From: a virus
Lineage: Duplodnaviria > Caudoviricetes
Direction: 5' to 3' (one strand)
DNA: 37,283 bases
Virus record (IMG/VR): IMGVR_UViG_3300033067_001749
Span: 1 to 37,283 of that record
This document shows positions 17,121 through 24,705 of this stretch, piece after piece. Below the pieces are notes generated by a model. The model worked only from the letters and a program-made list of their open reading frames with translations. It was not told the origin of the DNA and made no database searches. The translations under genes were made by a program, and so were the position numbers. Numbering within the stretch: position 1 is the stretch's first letter; the number at the start of each line of letters is the position of its first letter.

Positions 17121-17585
17121 ATGGCTTTTGATCCATGTAATCTAGAGATTACCGACCGAGACTACGCTAAACTTGCGCCTTGGTTTGCTGAGAAGCTCAG
17201 GCATACGATCGAGCTTTGCCACAACGCTGGTTATCAAATTGCGATGCTTGAGGGCTATCGCTCGCCCGATCGGCAAGACTACCTTTACTCGAAGGGTCGC
17301 TCGCTCCCAGGCAAAAAGATCACCTACGCACGCGGGTGGGAGTCTTTCCATCAATACTCTGTCGCAGCGGACATTGCTCTTTATGACGGCCGAGTTTGGT
17401 CGTGGGACGCGCCGTGGGACGAGATCCATAAAATTTTCCACGCGCAAGGTTTTGAAACTTTAGAATTTGAAGCGAGTCACGTTCAAATCACCGGCGGCAT
17501 GAGGTGGCAAGAGGCTTATAAAATAAGTAGGGCGCAAGGAATGCTCGGACTTTGGTCGGTTATTCAACAGCGGAGTTTATTCTAG
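17121..17585 (+). CDS. Endolysin, peptidase M15C (L-Ala-D-Glu peptidase) family
   Basis: EGYRS..RQDYLY..GR, SFHQYSVAAD (SxHxxxxAxD), EASHVQ; start reassigned to ATG 17121 behind GAGGG. Confidence 0.9.
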   Translation: MAFDPCNLEITDRDYAKLAPWFAEKLRHTIELCHNAGYQIAMLEGYRSPDRQDYLYSKGRSLPGKKITYARGWESFHQYSVAADIALYDGRVWSWDAPWDEIHKIFHAQGFETLEFEASHVQITGGMRWQEAYKISRAQGMLGLWSVIQQRSLF

Positions 17586-18115
17586 TAAATCCGCAAATGA
17601 GTCCCTTGTTCTAAACGAGCCCATGAAAGCGTTCCGCCGTTTTTAAGAAACTGTCGAACCGCGTCCGTGTTAAGAGAATAGAAAGTATTAATCGTAATAA
17701 ATTCTACTGGTATCGCTTCGTGTTCGGATAAAACGTTATTTACGTGACGATGACTAACTTGCACATCAAGCTTAAGAGATTCGGGGTTTTTACGAACTCC
17801 GATCTTGTCGCCCTCGTCGGATTTCCACGGCAAGTTAGGGTTATTCTCGACCTGATATTTAAGACGCTCTTTAATTTCTTTCTCTAATCGCTCGGCGACT
17901 TTAGCTCTGTGCATTAAGACTTTGGCGCGAGTTTCGTAAAATTCTGCGTTTTTCTTAAGTGTCTCGATAACGTGAACATACGCGCCAACTTTCTCGGCAT
18001 GAGCCATTTTCGCATCGGCAAATCGCTCGATCAGATCAAGTGGGATTTCGGACGCAAGGCCTACTTCGTCGCAAAGATCCTCGAGCTGACTAGTTAGTAC
18101 GGCTAACGTGCTCAT
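17582..18115 (-). CDS. Siphovirus Gp157-family protein
   Basis: Coiled-coil N-terminus (EKVGAYVHVIETLK...RLEKEIKERL), VRKNPESL, and C-terminal LKNGGTLSWARLEQGTHLRI; next to an annealing protein. Confidence 0.8.
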   Translation of the reverse strand: MSTLAVLTSQLEDLCDEVGLASEIPLDLIERFADAKMAHAEKVGAYVHVIETLKKNAEFYETRAKVLMHRAKVAERLEKEIKERLKYQVENNPNLPWKSDEGDKIGVRKNPESLKLDVQVSHRHVNNVLSEHEAIPVEFITINTFYSLNTDAVRQFLKNGGTLSWARLEQGTHLRIY

Positions 18116-18639
18116 CCCACGATTACCCCGTCGATATCTACCGTCGCGCCAAGCTCTTCAGGGGTGTAACTAATCCCGCCAATACAGTCGGGGAACATGC
18201 TTCGAGCCATGTCGGTTATGCATCGAGAAAAAAGCATATTTCGTGGGTATTTTTGCCAGCTAGGGTTAGCGAGTAATAACGCCTTTTTGGCGTCTTCCAT
18301 CGAAAATTCAAACGCGCACTCTTCCGAACCGGGACGAGACGCTTTAATAATACAGCGCTCGGCCGTTCTTTCGACGATATTAATTTTAGCCTGGGGGCAG
18401 TTCTTTCTAATTAGAAACTGCATCCCCTCTGCTCCGATCGTCGGTTTTCCGCCGATAATATTTATCTGCGCAAAACTTTGCATCATCGGCAGGCCGACCT
18501 CTACACCTTTAATCGCGATCGCCATAGCCTGCTCGGGCGTTTTAATAGAAGGCGGTAAAAAACCGCTTTTAACAAGCATCTCGGCTTGTTCTTTCATTGC
18601 GATAAACGTTTCCCCTTGGACTACTAAGCTCTGACTCAT
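18112..18639 (-). CDS. recT: RecT/Red-beta-like single-strand annealing protein (core domain only)
   Basis: G.EVGLP.MQS...INIIGGKP, WQKYPRNML..R...ARSMFPD..G..YTPEE. Confidence 0.8.
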   Translation of the reverse strand: MSQSLVVQGETFIAMKEQAEMLVKSGFLPPSIKTPEQAMAIAIKGVEVGLPMMQSFAQINIIGGKPTIGAEGMQFLIRKNCPQAKINIVERTAERCIIKASRPGSEECAFEFSMEDAKKALLLANPSWQKYPRNMLFSRCITDMARSMFPDCIGGISYTPEELGATVDIDGVIVG

Positions 18640-18817
18640 TTTCTATTCCTTCTTCTATAATTTTTAAAAGTCTTTCGACTTGAAACCACGGAACTTTTTT
18701 TCGGTCTACCCAACGGTCGATAACGCTCGTATTATCGTAGCCTAAAAGCCACGTAAGCTTAGCCTTATTATTTTTTTTCAACCACCGCACCAGTAATTTG
18801 TTTACATCTTTTTCCAT
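18569..18817 (-). CDS. Cro-like helix-turn-helix regulator
   Basis: KAKLTWLLGYDNTSVIDRWVDRKKVP; first gene of the leftward arm at a divergent junction. Confidence 0.55.
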   Translation of the reverse strand: MEKDVNKLLVRWLKKNNKAKLTWLLGYDNTSVIDRWVDRKKVPWFQVERLLKIIEEGIENESELSSPRGNVYRNERTSRDAC

Positions 18818-18873
18818 ATGTGTAACCTTATATAATAAATGTTGAACAAAAGTAAAGAGAATGTTTTCTTACG
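18818..18873. promoter_or_regulatory. Divergent early control region
   Basis: AT-rich gap between divergent genes with TATAAT at 18831-18836 and -10-like hexamers on the minus strand. Confidence 0.5.
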
Positions 18874-19128
18874 ATGAAGATAACAGACTATTATGACGGC
18901 CGCAATAACGACCACAAGCTATTTTTAGCCCAGGAAGTCGCTAAACTAGGCCACTTTGATAAGAAGGAACTTCGCGAGCTTTCGGGGGCAATGACTGTCC
19001 ACGGTATGAGGCTTTGCGAACTACTTAGGGCTTGTCGGTCGTACATCGATAACCCTTTTGGAAAATATTTCTATTTAGAAAAGGATTTAGAAAATGGAAC
19101 TAGGAAAGCAGCTGGCTCGAATCGTTGA
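18874..19128 (+). CDS. Hypothetical protein
   Basis: 84-aa first gene of the rightward replication operon. Confidence 0.6.
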   Translation: MKITDYYDGRNNDHKLFLAQEVAKLGHFDKKELRELSGAMTVHGMRLCELLRACRSYIDNPFGKYFYLEKDLENGTRKAAGSNR

Positions 19129-19535
19129 CTACGGCATGACTAAGACAAAAAAAGGCGGGGCTCAAGTATTCGTACAATTTCAGGTCGGCGGAGAAATCTC
19201 GACTTGGTACGGTGTTCCTTTTAAAAATGATGGCGAAGTTAACGACCGGTTTTGACCTAAGCGAACACTCGTTTGACCAACTAGCGTTAGGTATCGTTTC
19301 TGGGATTCTCGTTATGGATGAAGACATTGACATTGTCGTAAAAGATTCTACCCAGCCGGACGGTACTGTTAAACGTCGAATCGATACGATCGGTGATATC
19401 GGCCCGGCTCGGGCGTCTCAAGAGGAGCTTGATCAAATCCTGGATGAAGAGAAGAAAGAAAAATTAAAGGCAGCGGCTGGTAAGTATAAAGTACGAGCGA
19501 AAAAACCTAAAGCAACGGACTCAGTGCCATTTTAA
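19094..19535 (+). CDS. SSB-like (DUF669-like) protein split by a +1 frame change at 19250-19256
   Basis: ATG 19094 with RBS AAGGA gives MELGKQLARIVDYGMTKTKKGGAQVFVQFQ...STWYG...DRF* (TGA 19253-19255); +1 frame continues DLSEHSF...DSVPF, an SSB-type C-terminal tip; joined product 146 aa. Confidence 0.65.
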
Positions 19536-21042
19536 TACCTAGACCTTATCAAAAATTAGCTATCGAAGAAATAAGGAGACTCTATGCCGCTGGCTGCAAG
19601 CGTGTTTTATTACAACTTGCAACCGGCGGTGGTTGAGTAAAACTTTTATCTTTAGCACTATCATGAATGGTGCCAAGTCTAAAGGACGCCGTTGTATCAT
19701 GGCTGTTAGAGGACGTTCGCTAGTCGAGCAGGCCAGCGCGCGTCTTATCGAGATGAGAGTAGATCACTCCGTTTATATGGCCGGAGATAAACGTTTTAAT
19801 CCTACTAAAAATATTCAGATCGTAAGTATCGATACCTTTAGATCAAGGGGTGTGATCCTCCCGGCTGATATCGTCGTTATCGACGAGGCTCACTACGCGG
19901 TTTCTAAATCTTTTAAAAACTTTATATCTAATTACTCTTCCGCTTACATTCTCGCGGTTACCGCGACGCCGTGGGTAAAAGGCGGATTAAAACACGTCGC
20001 CGACGAGCTTATTTATCCGATCTCTATTTCGGAATTAACGGCGCAAAATTATCTTGTACCAGCGAAGTATTTCGTCCCAACTAAGTTCGATTCTAGTAAA
20101 ATTAAAACCGTAAAAGGCGAGTTTAACGAAGAGGACGCTTTAATGGAGTTTAAGACGCAGTGCGTTTACGGCGACGTCGTAAAGACTCTTGAGAAGTGTC
20201 GCGGAGAACCTACGTTTTGTTTTGCGATTAATTTAAAACATGCCAATGAATTAAATTCATCTTTTATGATCGACGGTTTTAAATCCGTCGTCATCTCTGG
20301 GGAAACGCCGCTCGATGAACGTAAGTTCGAATTAAATAGACTAGCTTTAGGCGAATTAGATGTAATCGTCTCCGTCGGCACGATGACGACCGGAGTAGAC
20401 TTTCCGCCGCTTAAAAATATTATCCACTGTCGTCCGACTAAATCTAAAAATCTTTATATTCAAATCCTCGGACGTGGTACGAGACCAAGCGCGGGGAAAG
20501 ATCACTTTAAAGTTTACGACCACGTCGGTAATACGCAGCGCCACGGATTTTTAATAGACGAACAAAAAGCTTCGTTAGAAGGCGAAGAAAAGAAAACGGG
20601 TAAAAAGTCAACTAACGAACTATCTATTAAAACATGTCCGGAATGCTATGCCGCAGTTCCTTCGGCGACAAAAAAATGCGACTGCGGCCACGAATTTGAG
20701 GTAAAAGAAACCACGGTAAAAGAATCTAAAGATCACGGGATGATCGAAGTCGGCCAAGATGTTCGCTCGCGAATGAAAGTTCGCTGCGAATACTATTTGA
20801 ACACAGCCTGGTCTAAGGGCTGGAAAGTCGGCGCTATTTATATGAAACTTAAGGACGAGTTCGGCGATGAAGCTATGCGAGAAAACTGGCAAATTTACAG
20901 GTCAGCAAAAACAAAATGGGAAAAATGGATCAACGGAACTACACCAGCTCCTTGTCAATTCGCTGTTGATAAGTTTAAACAGCAAGCCGTTTATTCGGGC
21001 TTTCAAACAGACGACGGGAACGGGGAGGACCTTATATGGTAA
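19535..21042 (+). CDS. SF2 DEAD/DEAH helicase with C-terminal zinc ribbon; frame broken inside Walker A
   Basis: Upstream frame has Q-motif PRPYQ and VLLQLATGGG* (TGA 19634-19636); KTFIF follows in another frame, then DEAH, TATP, TGVDFP, QILGRGTR, CPEC/CDCG. Confidence 0.85.
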
Positions 21043-21307
21043 TTCCGTTATAAAATTCGGCGTCGTCGGATCTGCCGATATTAACGGCCTTCTTTTAGGC
21101 GGTTACCGATTCGAGGTAGAATGTAAAAGCGGAAACGCGCGGCAATCCGATCAGCAAAAAAAGTATCAGGCCATGATCGAGCGACTAGGCGGAATCTACT
21201 TAGTCGCGCGGATCGAAGACGAATCATCTTTAAAAGAAGTCTGCGAAACAATCTGTGATCAGCTACAAGAAATTCTCAGGCTACGAGGCGTCGCAGTATC
21301 GCTCTAA
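20867..21307 (+). CDS. VRR-NUC domain nuclease
   Basis: G.ADI...FEVECKS...RQSDQQKKYQ..IERLGG.YLVAR (PD-(D/E)xK); start uncertain. Confidence 0.85.
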   Translation: MKLCEKTGKFTGQQKQNGKNGSTELHQLLVNSLLISLNSKPFIRAFKQTTGTGRTLYGNSVIKFGVVGSADINGLLLGGYRFEVECKSGNARQSDQQKKYQAMIERLGGIYLVARIEDESSLKEVCETICDQLQEILRLRGVAVSL

Positions 21308-22007
21308 TTTTTTGCGTCTATCTAATTTCGACCTATTTCAAGAAATAATTACGACCCACGCTTGGTCTCCAATCATCTGGAAAAATGATTATGCAAGAAC
21401 TGATAATTTTGAGTTTAGTGACTTTCTCGTTCTTGATTTTGATGAACCTGGATCCGAAACCCTAGACGATATAAATAATTCGCTATCGGACCATAAACGA
21501 ATTATCGCGACGACGCGGTCACACCAAATAGAAAAAAACGGTATCGTCTGCGATCGTTTCCGTTTGATTGTTCCGTGGGATAAAAGAATTACCGACTATA
21601 AAATTTACCGCGCTAATTACGAAAAAGTTTTATCTAAATACGACTGGGCCGATAAGTCGTGTCTCGACGGCGCGCGTTTCTTTTTCCCGTCTAAAAAAGT
21701 GATCTATTTAGATCGCGACGCAGAATATAAATGGGAAATTACAGAAACGATTCCGATTCTACCGGTAGAAAAGGTAGAGAAAAAAATTCCCCGCGAAATC
21801 CCTAGTTGGTGCTTAAACTTCATCAACAACGGTGCTATCTATAATGGCTCTAGAAATTTAAAAGTATTTGCGGTCGCTCTCGAATTGTTTGAGCGCGATT
21901 TTAACGAAGCTGAAATTAGAAGGCTGCTTCTACGTGCTCCAATTAATTGGGTCGGGGTAAACGTAGAGGCAGCCTTAAAGTCGGCTAAAACAAAAGCGGG
22001 GAAATGA
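21255..22007 (+). CDS. Archaeo-eukaryotic primase (primase-polymerase) with C-terminal PriCT-like domain
   Basis: FLVLDFDE (DxD), TTRSH, RFRLIVP, ADKSCLDGARFFFP, GSRNLKVF. Confidence 0.75.
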   Translation: MISYKKFSGYEASQYRSNFLRLSNFDLFQEIITTHAWSPIIWKNDYARTDNFEFSDFLVLDFDEPGSETLDDINNSLSDHKRIIATTRSHQIEKNGIVCDRFRLIVPWDKRITDYKIYRANYEKVLSKYDWADKSCLDGARFFFPSKKVIYLDRDAEYKWEITETIPILPVEKVEKKIPREIPSWCLNFINNGAIYNGSRNLKVFAVALELFERDFNEAEIRRLLLRAPINWVGVNVEAALKSAKTKAGK

Positions 22008-23266
22008 TGTCACAGAACGAATTTAAAAAAAACCTAATTATCGAAGTCGCTATTAACTCTATTACTCATTACATAATTTATAAAAAATTAGATTTTAAAG
22101 TTTATCGAGATAACAGCGGTAACGTAGAACCGGCTCGAGTTCAAGATGGGTTAGTTAAAATACTTCATTTAGACTCTGAGGCTATACCTCATATTAAGCA
22201 TATTGGAAAAGAACTATACAAATCAGGTTCATTAAATGATGCTTTTAAAAAAACAGAGATACTTTATTTTACTCATAGTTCTGCAAAGCAAGTTTTAAAA
22301 ACTCTTTGCGCCGTCCCCGAACTTTGGATTTCTGAACCAGTAAAAACGTTTGCGTTTAAATCGGATCCGTCTCTCGCCTTTCACCGCATACCTTTTGATC
22401 TTTGTGATACCGAACAGTTAACGCCTAATTGGGATCTTTTCCTTGCAAATTTTACAAATATCCAAGCCCTTAAGATTTGGGTCGGATCTCTTTTTGTCGA
22501 AAATTCAGATCGCTCTCAGTATCTTTGGCTTTACGGCAAAGGCGGTAACGGTAAATCCACTCTCGCAAAAATTATCTCGCGCGTGCTCGGCGATTTCGCA
22601 CGTCAAGATCAAGTTCCATCAAAAGACGATAAGTATTGGACACACGGCCTTCTCCATACTCGTCTTGTTATTCTCGACGACTGTAACAACTACGGCTTTG
22701 TCAAGACTGGGCTGTTTAAATCTTGTACAGGTATGGGTAAGGCTCGCGTCGAAAAGAAGTTTGGCGACGCATATAATGCCGATTTGGACTGTAAGTTTCT
22801 TTTTACGTCGAACGAAAAGCCGATGATTTCGAACGAGATCGCAGATCAGCGCAGATTGATATTCTGCAGCGCGAAGAACCAAGAGGGGTTCTCCTATGAC
22901 CCAGACTTTGAAAAGAGATTGGAGACCGAATTAGCCGCGTTTATTTCGAATTGTGTGCTGCTTTACAAATCCGAGTGCGGAGACGGCCGCCCTATACCCG
23001 TCGACCAGACCGAAGCGCTCGAGCTCGGCGGCGTCTTTAACGAGGAGATTGAATCATGGTTAGAGACTAATTTTGAGTACGATCCAAATTCATATGTAGA
23101 TGTTTCTGTATTTCGCGAGATGCTTAGCTTTACTCGGCTTAATGATCGTCGCGTTTATAGCTTTTTAGAAGAACAAAATATTAAACGTTCGACGAGAATT
23201 TATAATCAAAAGTTAGTAAAAACACTCAAAGGACTTCGTCAAAAGGTTTTTGCGATTAAAAATTAG
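22004..23266 (+). CDS. SF3 (D5/P4-alpha-like) replicative helicase
   Basis: Walker A YGKGGNGKST, Walker B LVILDD, motif C LFTSNEKP, Arg finger RRL. Confidence 0.88.
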   Translation: MMSQNEFKKNLIIEVAINSITHYIIYKKLDFKVYRDNSGNVEPARVQDGLVKILHLDSEAIPHIKHIGKELYKSGSLNDAFKKTEILYFTHSSAKQVLKTLCAVPELWISEPVKTFAFKSDPSLAFHRIPFDLCDTEQLTPNWDLFLANFTNIQALKIWVGSLFVENSDRSQYLWLYGKGGNGKSTLAKIISRVLGDFARQDQVPSKDDKYWTHGLLHTRLVILDDCNNYGFVKTGLFKSCTGMGKARVEKKFGDAYNADLDCKFLFTSNEKPMISNEIADQRRLIFCSAKNQEGFSYDPDFEKRLETELAAFISNCVLLYKSECGDGRPIPVDQTEALELGGVFNEEIESWLETNFEYDPNSYVDVSVFREMLSFTRLNDRRVYSFLEEQNIKRSTRIYNQKLVKTLKGLRQKVFAIKN

Positions 23267-23270
23267 GCAA

Positions 23271-23387
23271 TATACCGATATACCGATATACCGGTTTCTC
23301 CTTATTTATTATTATATATTTTCTGCCTATATATTACGCATATTTTTCCTATTAAATTTAATACGGTATACCGGTATATACGGTATA
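23271..23387. repeat. Putative replication origin: opposed iteron triplets around an AT-rich core
   Basis: TATACCG at 23271, 23279, 23287; reverse complement CGGTATA at 23364, 23372, 23381; AT-rich spacer; directly after the SF3 helicase. Confidence 0.8.
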
Positions 23388-23478
23388 TAAGCTCAAAAAA
23401 TAGGCATAATAAGCGCTTTTACGCTCTAGCTAATAGCGCGGCAATCGGCTATAACCCCTGTGCTGCAAGGGGTGCGCC

Positions 23479-23706
23479 GTGATAAAGATCTTAATTAGCG
23501 CCGATGATCTGCGTAAAATTACTCACAAGAGCATGAGAATGCCTATTTTTAGAGCTGTGAATGAGCTCGAAATAGACGACGACTTCGTGAGCCCATTGTC
23601 TGCACTTTGGTCGCTTGGATACATTGCTCGAATCGAGGACGAGCGGCGAATCGAACAAACACACGCCAAAAAAGTAGACGAAAACGAACCGTCCCGGCTA
23701 TCCTAA
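23479..23706 (+). CDS. Hypothetical protein
   Basis: 75 aa, GTG start behind AAGGGG. Confidence 0.6.
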   Translation: MIKILISADDLRKITHKSMRMPIFRAVNELEIDDDFVSPLSALWSLGYIARIEDERRIEQTHAKKVDENEPSRLS

Positions 23707-23749
23707 TATTTATACAACGAGACAAATCGCGCGAGTGGGGGCAAGGGAT

Positions 23750-23878
23750 ATGCTCATGCATGATATTACTGTCGTAATACCTGATTGGGCTGTTTGCGCG
23801 TTTTGGTTCGCGCTCTACCTTGTGTCAATTGCCACTGTGGTAATTGGCGCTATTTGCCTGTGGGCGATAAAGGAATAA
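23750..23878 (+). CDS. 42-aa single-TM membrane protein
   Basis: Hand-read: MLMHDITVVIPDWAVCAFWFALYLVSIATVVIGAICLWAIKE; G-rich RBS. Confidence 0.6.
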   Translation: MLMHDITVVIPDWAVCAFWFALYLVSIATVVIGAICLWAIKE

Positions 23879-23880
23879 GT

Positions 23881-24135
23881 ATGCAGCTAACAAATCTAGT
23901 CGTTTTTACTTTATTCCTAGCGCTGGCTCTTTACGATGCTTTCGTAGTTTATTTTCTCGGACGTTCATCAAACATTAGTTTATCGGTTTCTCGAGCTTTA
24001 GAACGGCTTGGGCTCAACTCACCGGTTTTTGTATTCGTAACAGGTTGTCTGATAGGTCACCTGATATTTAGCATGTCTACCGACTGCTCGCAGTGTCTTA
24101 AACCTGTCGAAGTCGGAGTCGTAGAATCGCCATGA
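23881..24135 (+). CDS. Two-TM membrane protein, holin candidate
   Basis: Start reassigned to ATG 23881 (RBS AAGGA); TMs LVVFTLFLALALYDAFVVYFL and PVFVFVTGCLIGHLIF. Confidence 0.65.
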   Translation: MQLTNLVVFTLFLALALYDAFVVYFLGRSSNISLSVSRALERLGLNSPVFVFVTGCLIGHLIFSMSTDCSQCLKPVEVGVVESP

Positions 24136-24431
24136 TCGACTTCCGCGTCACAGAGCCGCTTAATTTTCGCAACCTAAAGATTGAGTATGTGAAGTATATC
24201 CTCAACCTTTGCTCTGGTGATAAAACCAAAGCGGCAAAGATGATCGGGATGTCTTACCGTACGTTGATCAACTTGCGCCTGTTTGATCAAGTCGAACGTT
24301 CCATTGTTTGCGAAGTTTGTGGTGTGAAAAAGAAGACAAAAAATCTAAGAAAATATTGCTCAAGAAAGTGTTATAAAAAAATTGATAACGCTAGAAGAGT
24401 AATGGCGCGAGCCCGTTCTCGATCGAAGTGA
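24132..24431 (+). CDS. Fis-type HTH protein fused to a Cys4 zinc finger
   Basis: EYVKYILNLCSGDKTKAAKMIGMSYRTL, then CEVC...YCSRKC. Confidence 0.75.
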   Translation: MIDFRVTEPLNFRNLKIEYVKYILNLCSGDKTKAAKMIGMSYRTLINLRLFDQVERSIVCEVCGVKKKTKNLRKYCSRKCYKKIDNARRVMARARSRSK

Positions 24432-24690
24432 CGACAGCTTCCTCGGCCTTGGTCCCAAGCACCGAACCAGCGCCAGAAATTGCCAATACGCAATGACATA
24501 TCTCATGTAATAGAGTCTTCTTCCAGTTCTTATCTTTGAGAAGAAAAATTGTCTTGCTGGAATCATTGTAAGCTCCAACCAACTCATGACCGTCTGTCAT
24601 CATAAGCTCTTTCACTAATTTTATTTTTACCTTTTCGCCAAGAATCATAACGTGACGCGGCGGACGATCACGCTCGAATAACTTTACCAT
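24391..24690 (-). CDS. Small HEXXH zinc metallopeptidase-like protein (ImmA/IrrE-like)
   Basis: LVGAYN...TIFL...TLLHEICHC...EE. Confidence 0.75.
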   Translation of the reverse strand: MVKLFERDRPPRHVMILGEKVKIKLVKELMMTDGHELVGAYNDSSKTIFLLKDKNWKKTLLHEICHCVLAISGAGSVLGTKAEEAVVTSIENGLAPLLF

Positions 24691-24705
24691 GTAATTTTTT
24701 ACCGC

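Noticed and set aside
19212-19253. Independent start of the 107-aa ORF at GTG 19212
   Set aside because: No clear RBS, and it overlaps the better supported 19094 frame; treated as the C-terminal part of a split gene
19250-19640. Genome-wide UGA reassignment explaining the two premature TGA codons
   Set aside because: Readthrough stays in the wrong frame and meets another TGA within about 10 codons in both cases; many genes end in genuine TGA stops with ATGA overlaps
19631-19641. Group I intron or intein in the helicase P-loop
   Set aside because: Only 5 extra nucleotides; no room for a ribozyme core or intein, and the U/G splice boundaries do not restore the frame
23271-23387. CRISPR array
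   Set aside because: Repeats are 7-8 bp, abutting and inverted, with no spacers or cas genes; an origin fits better
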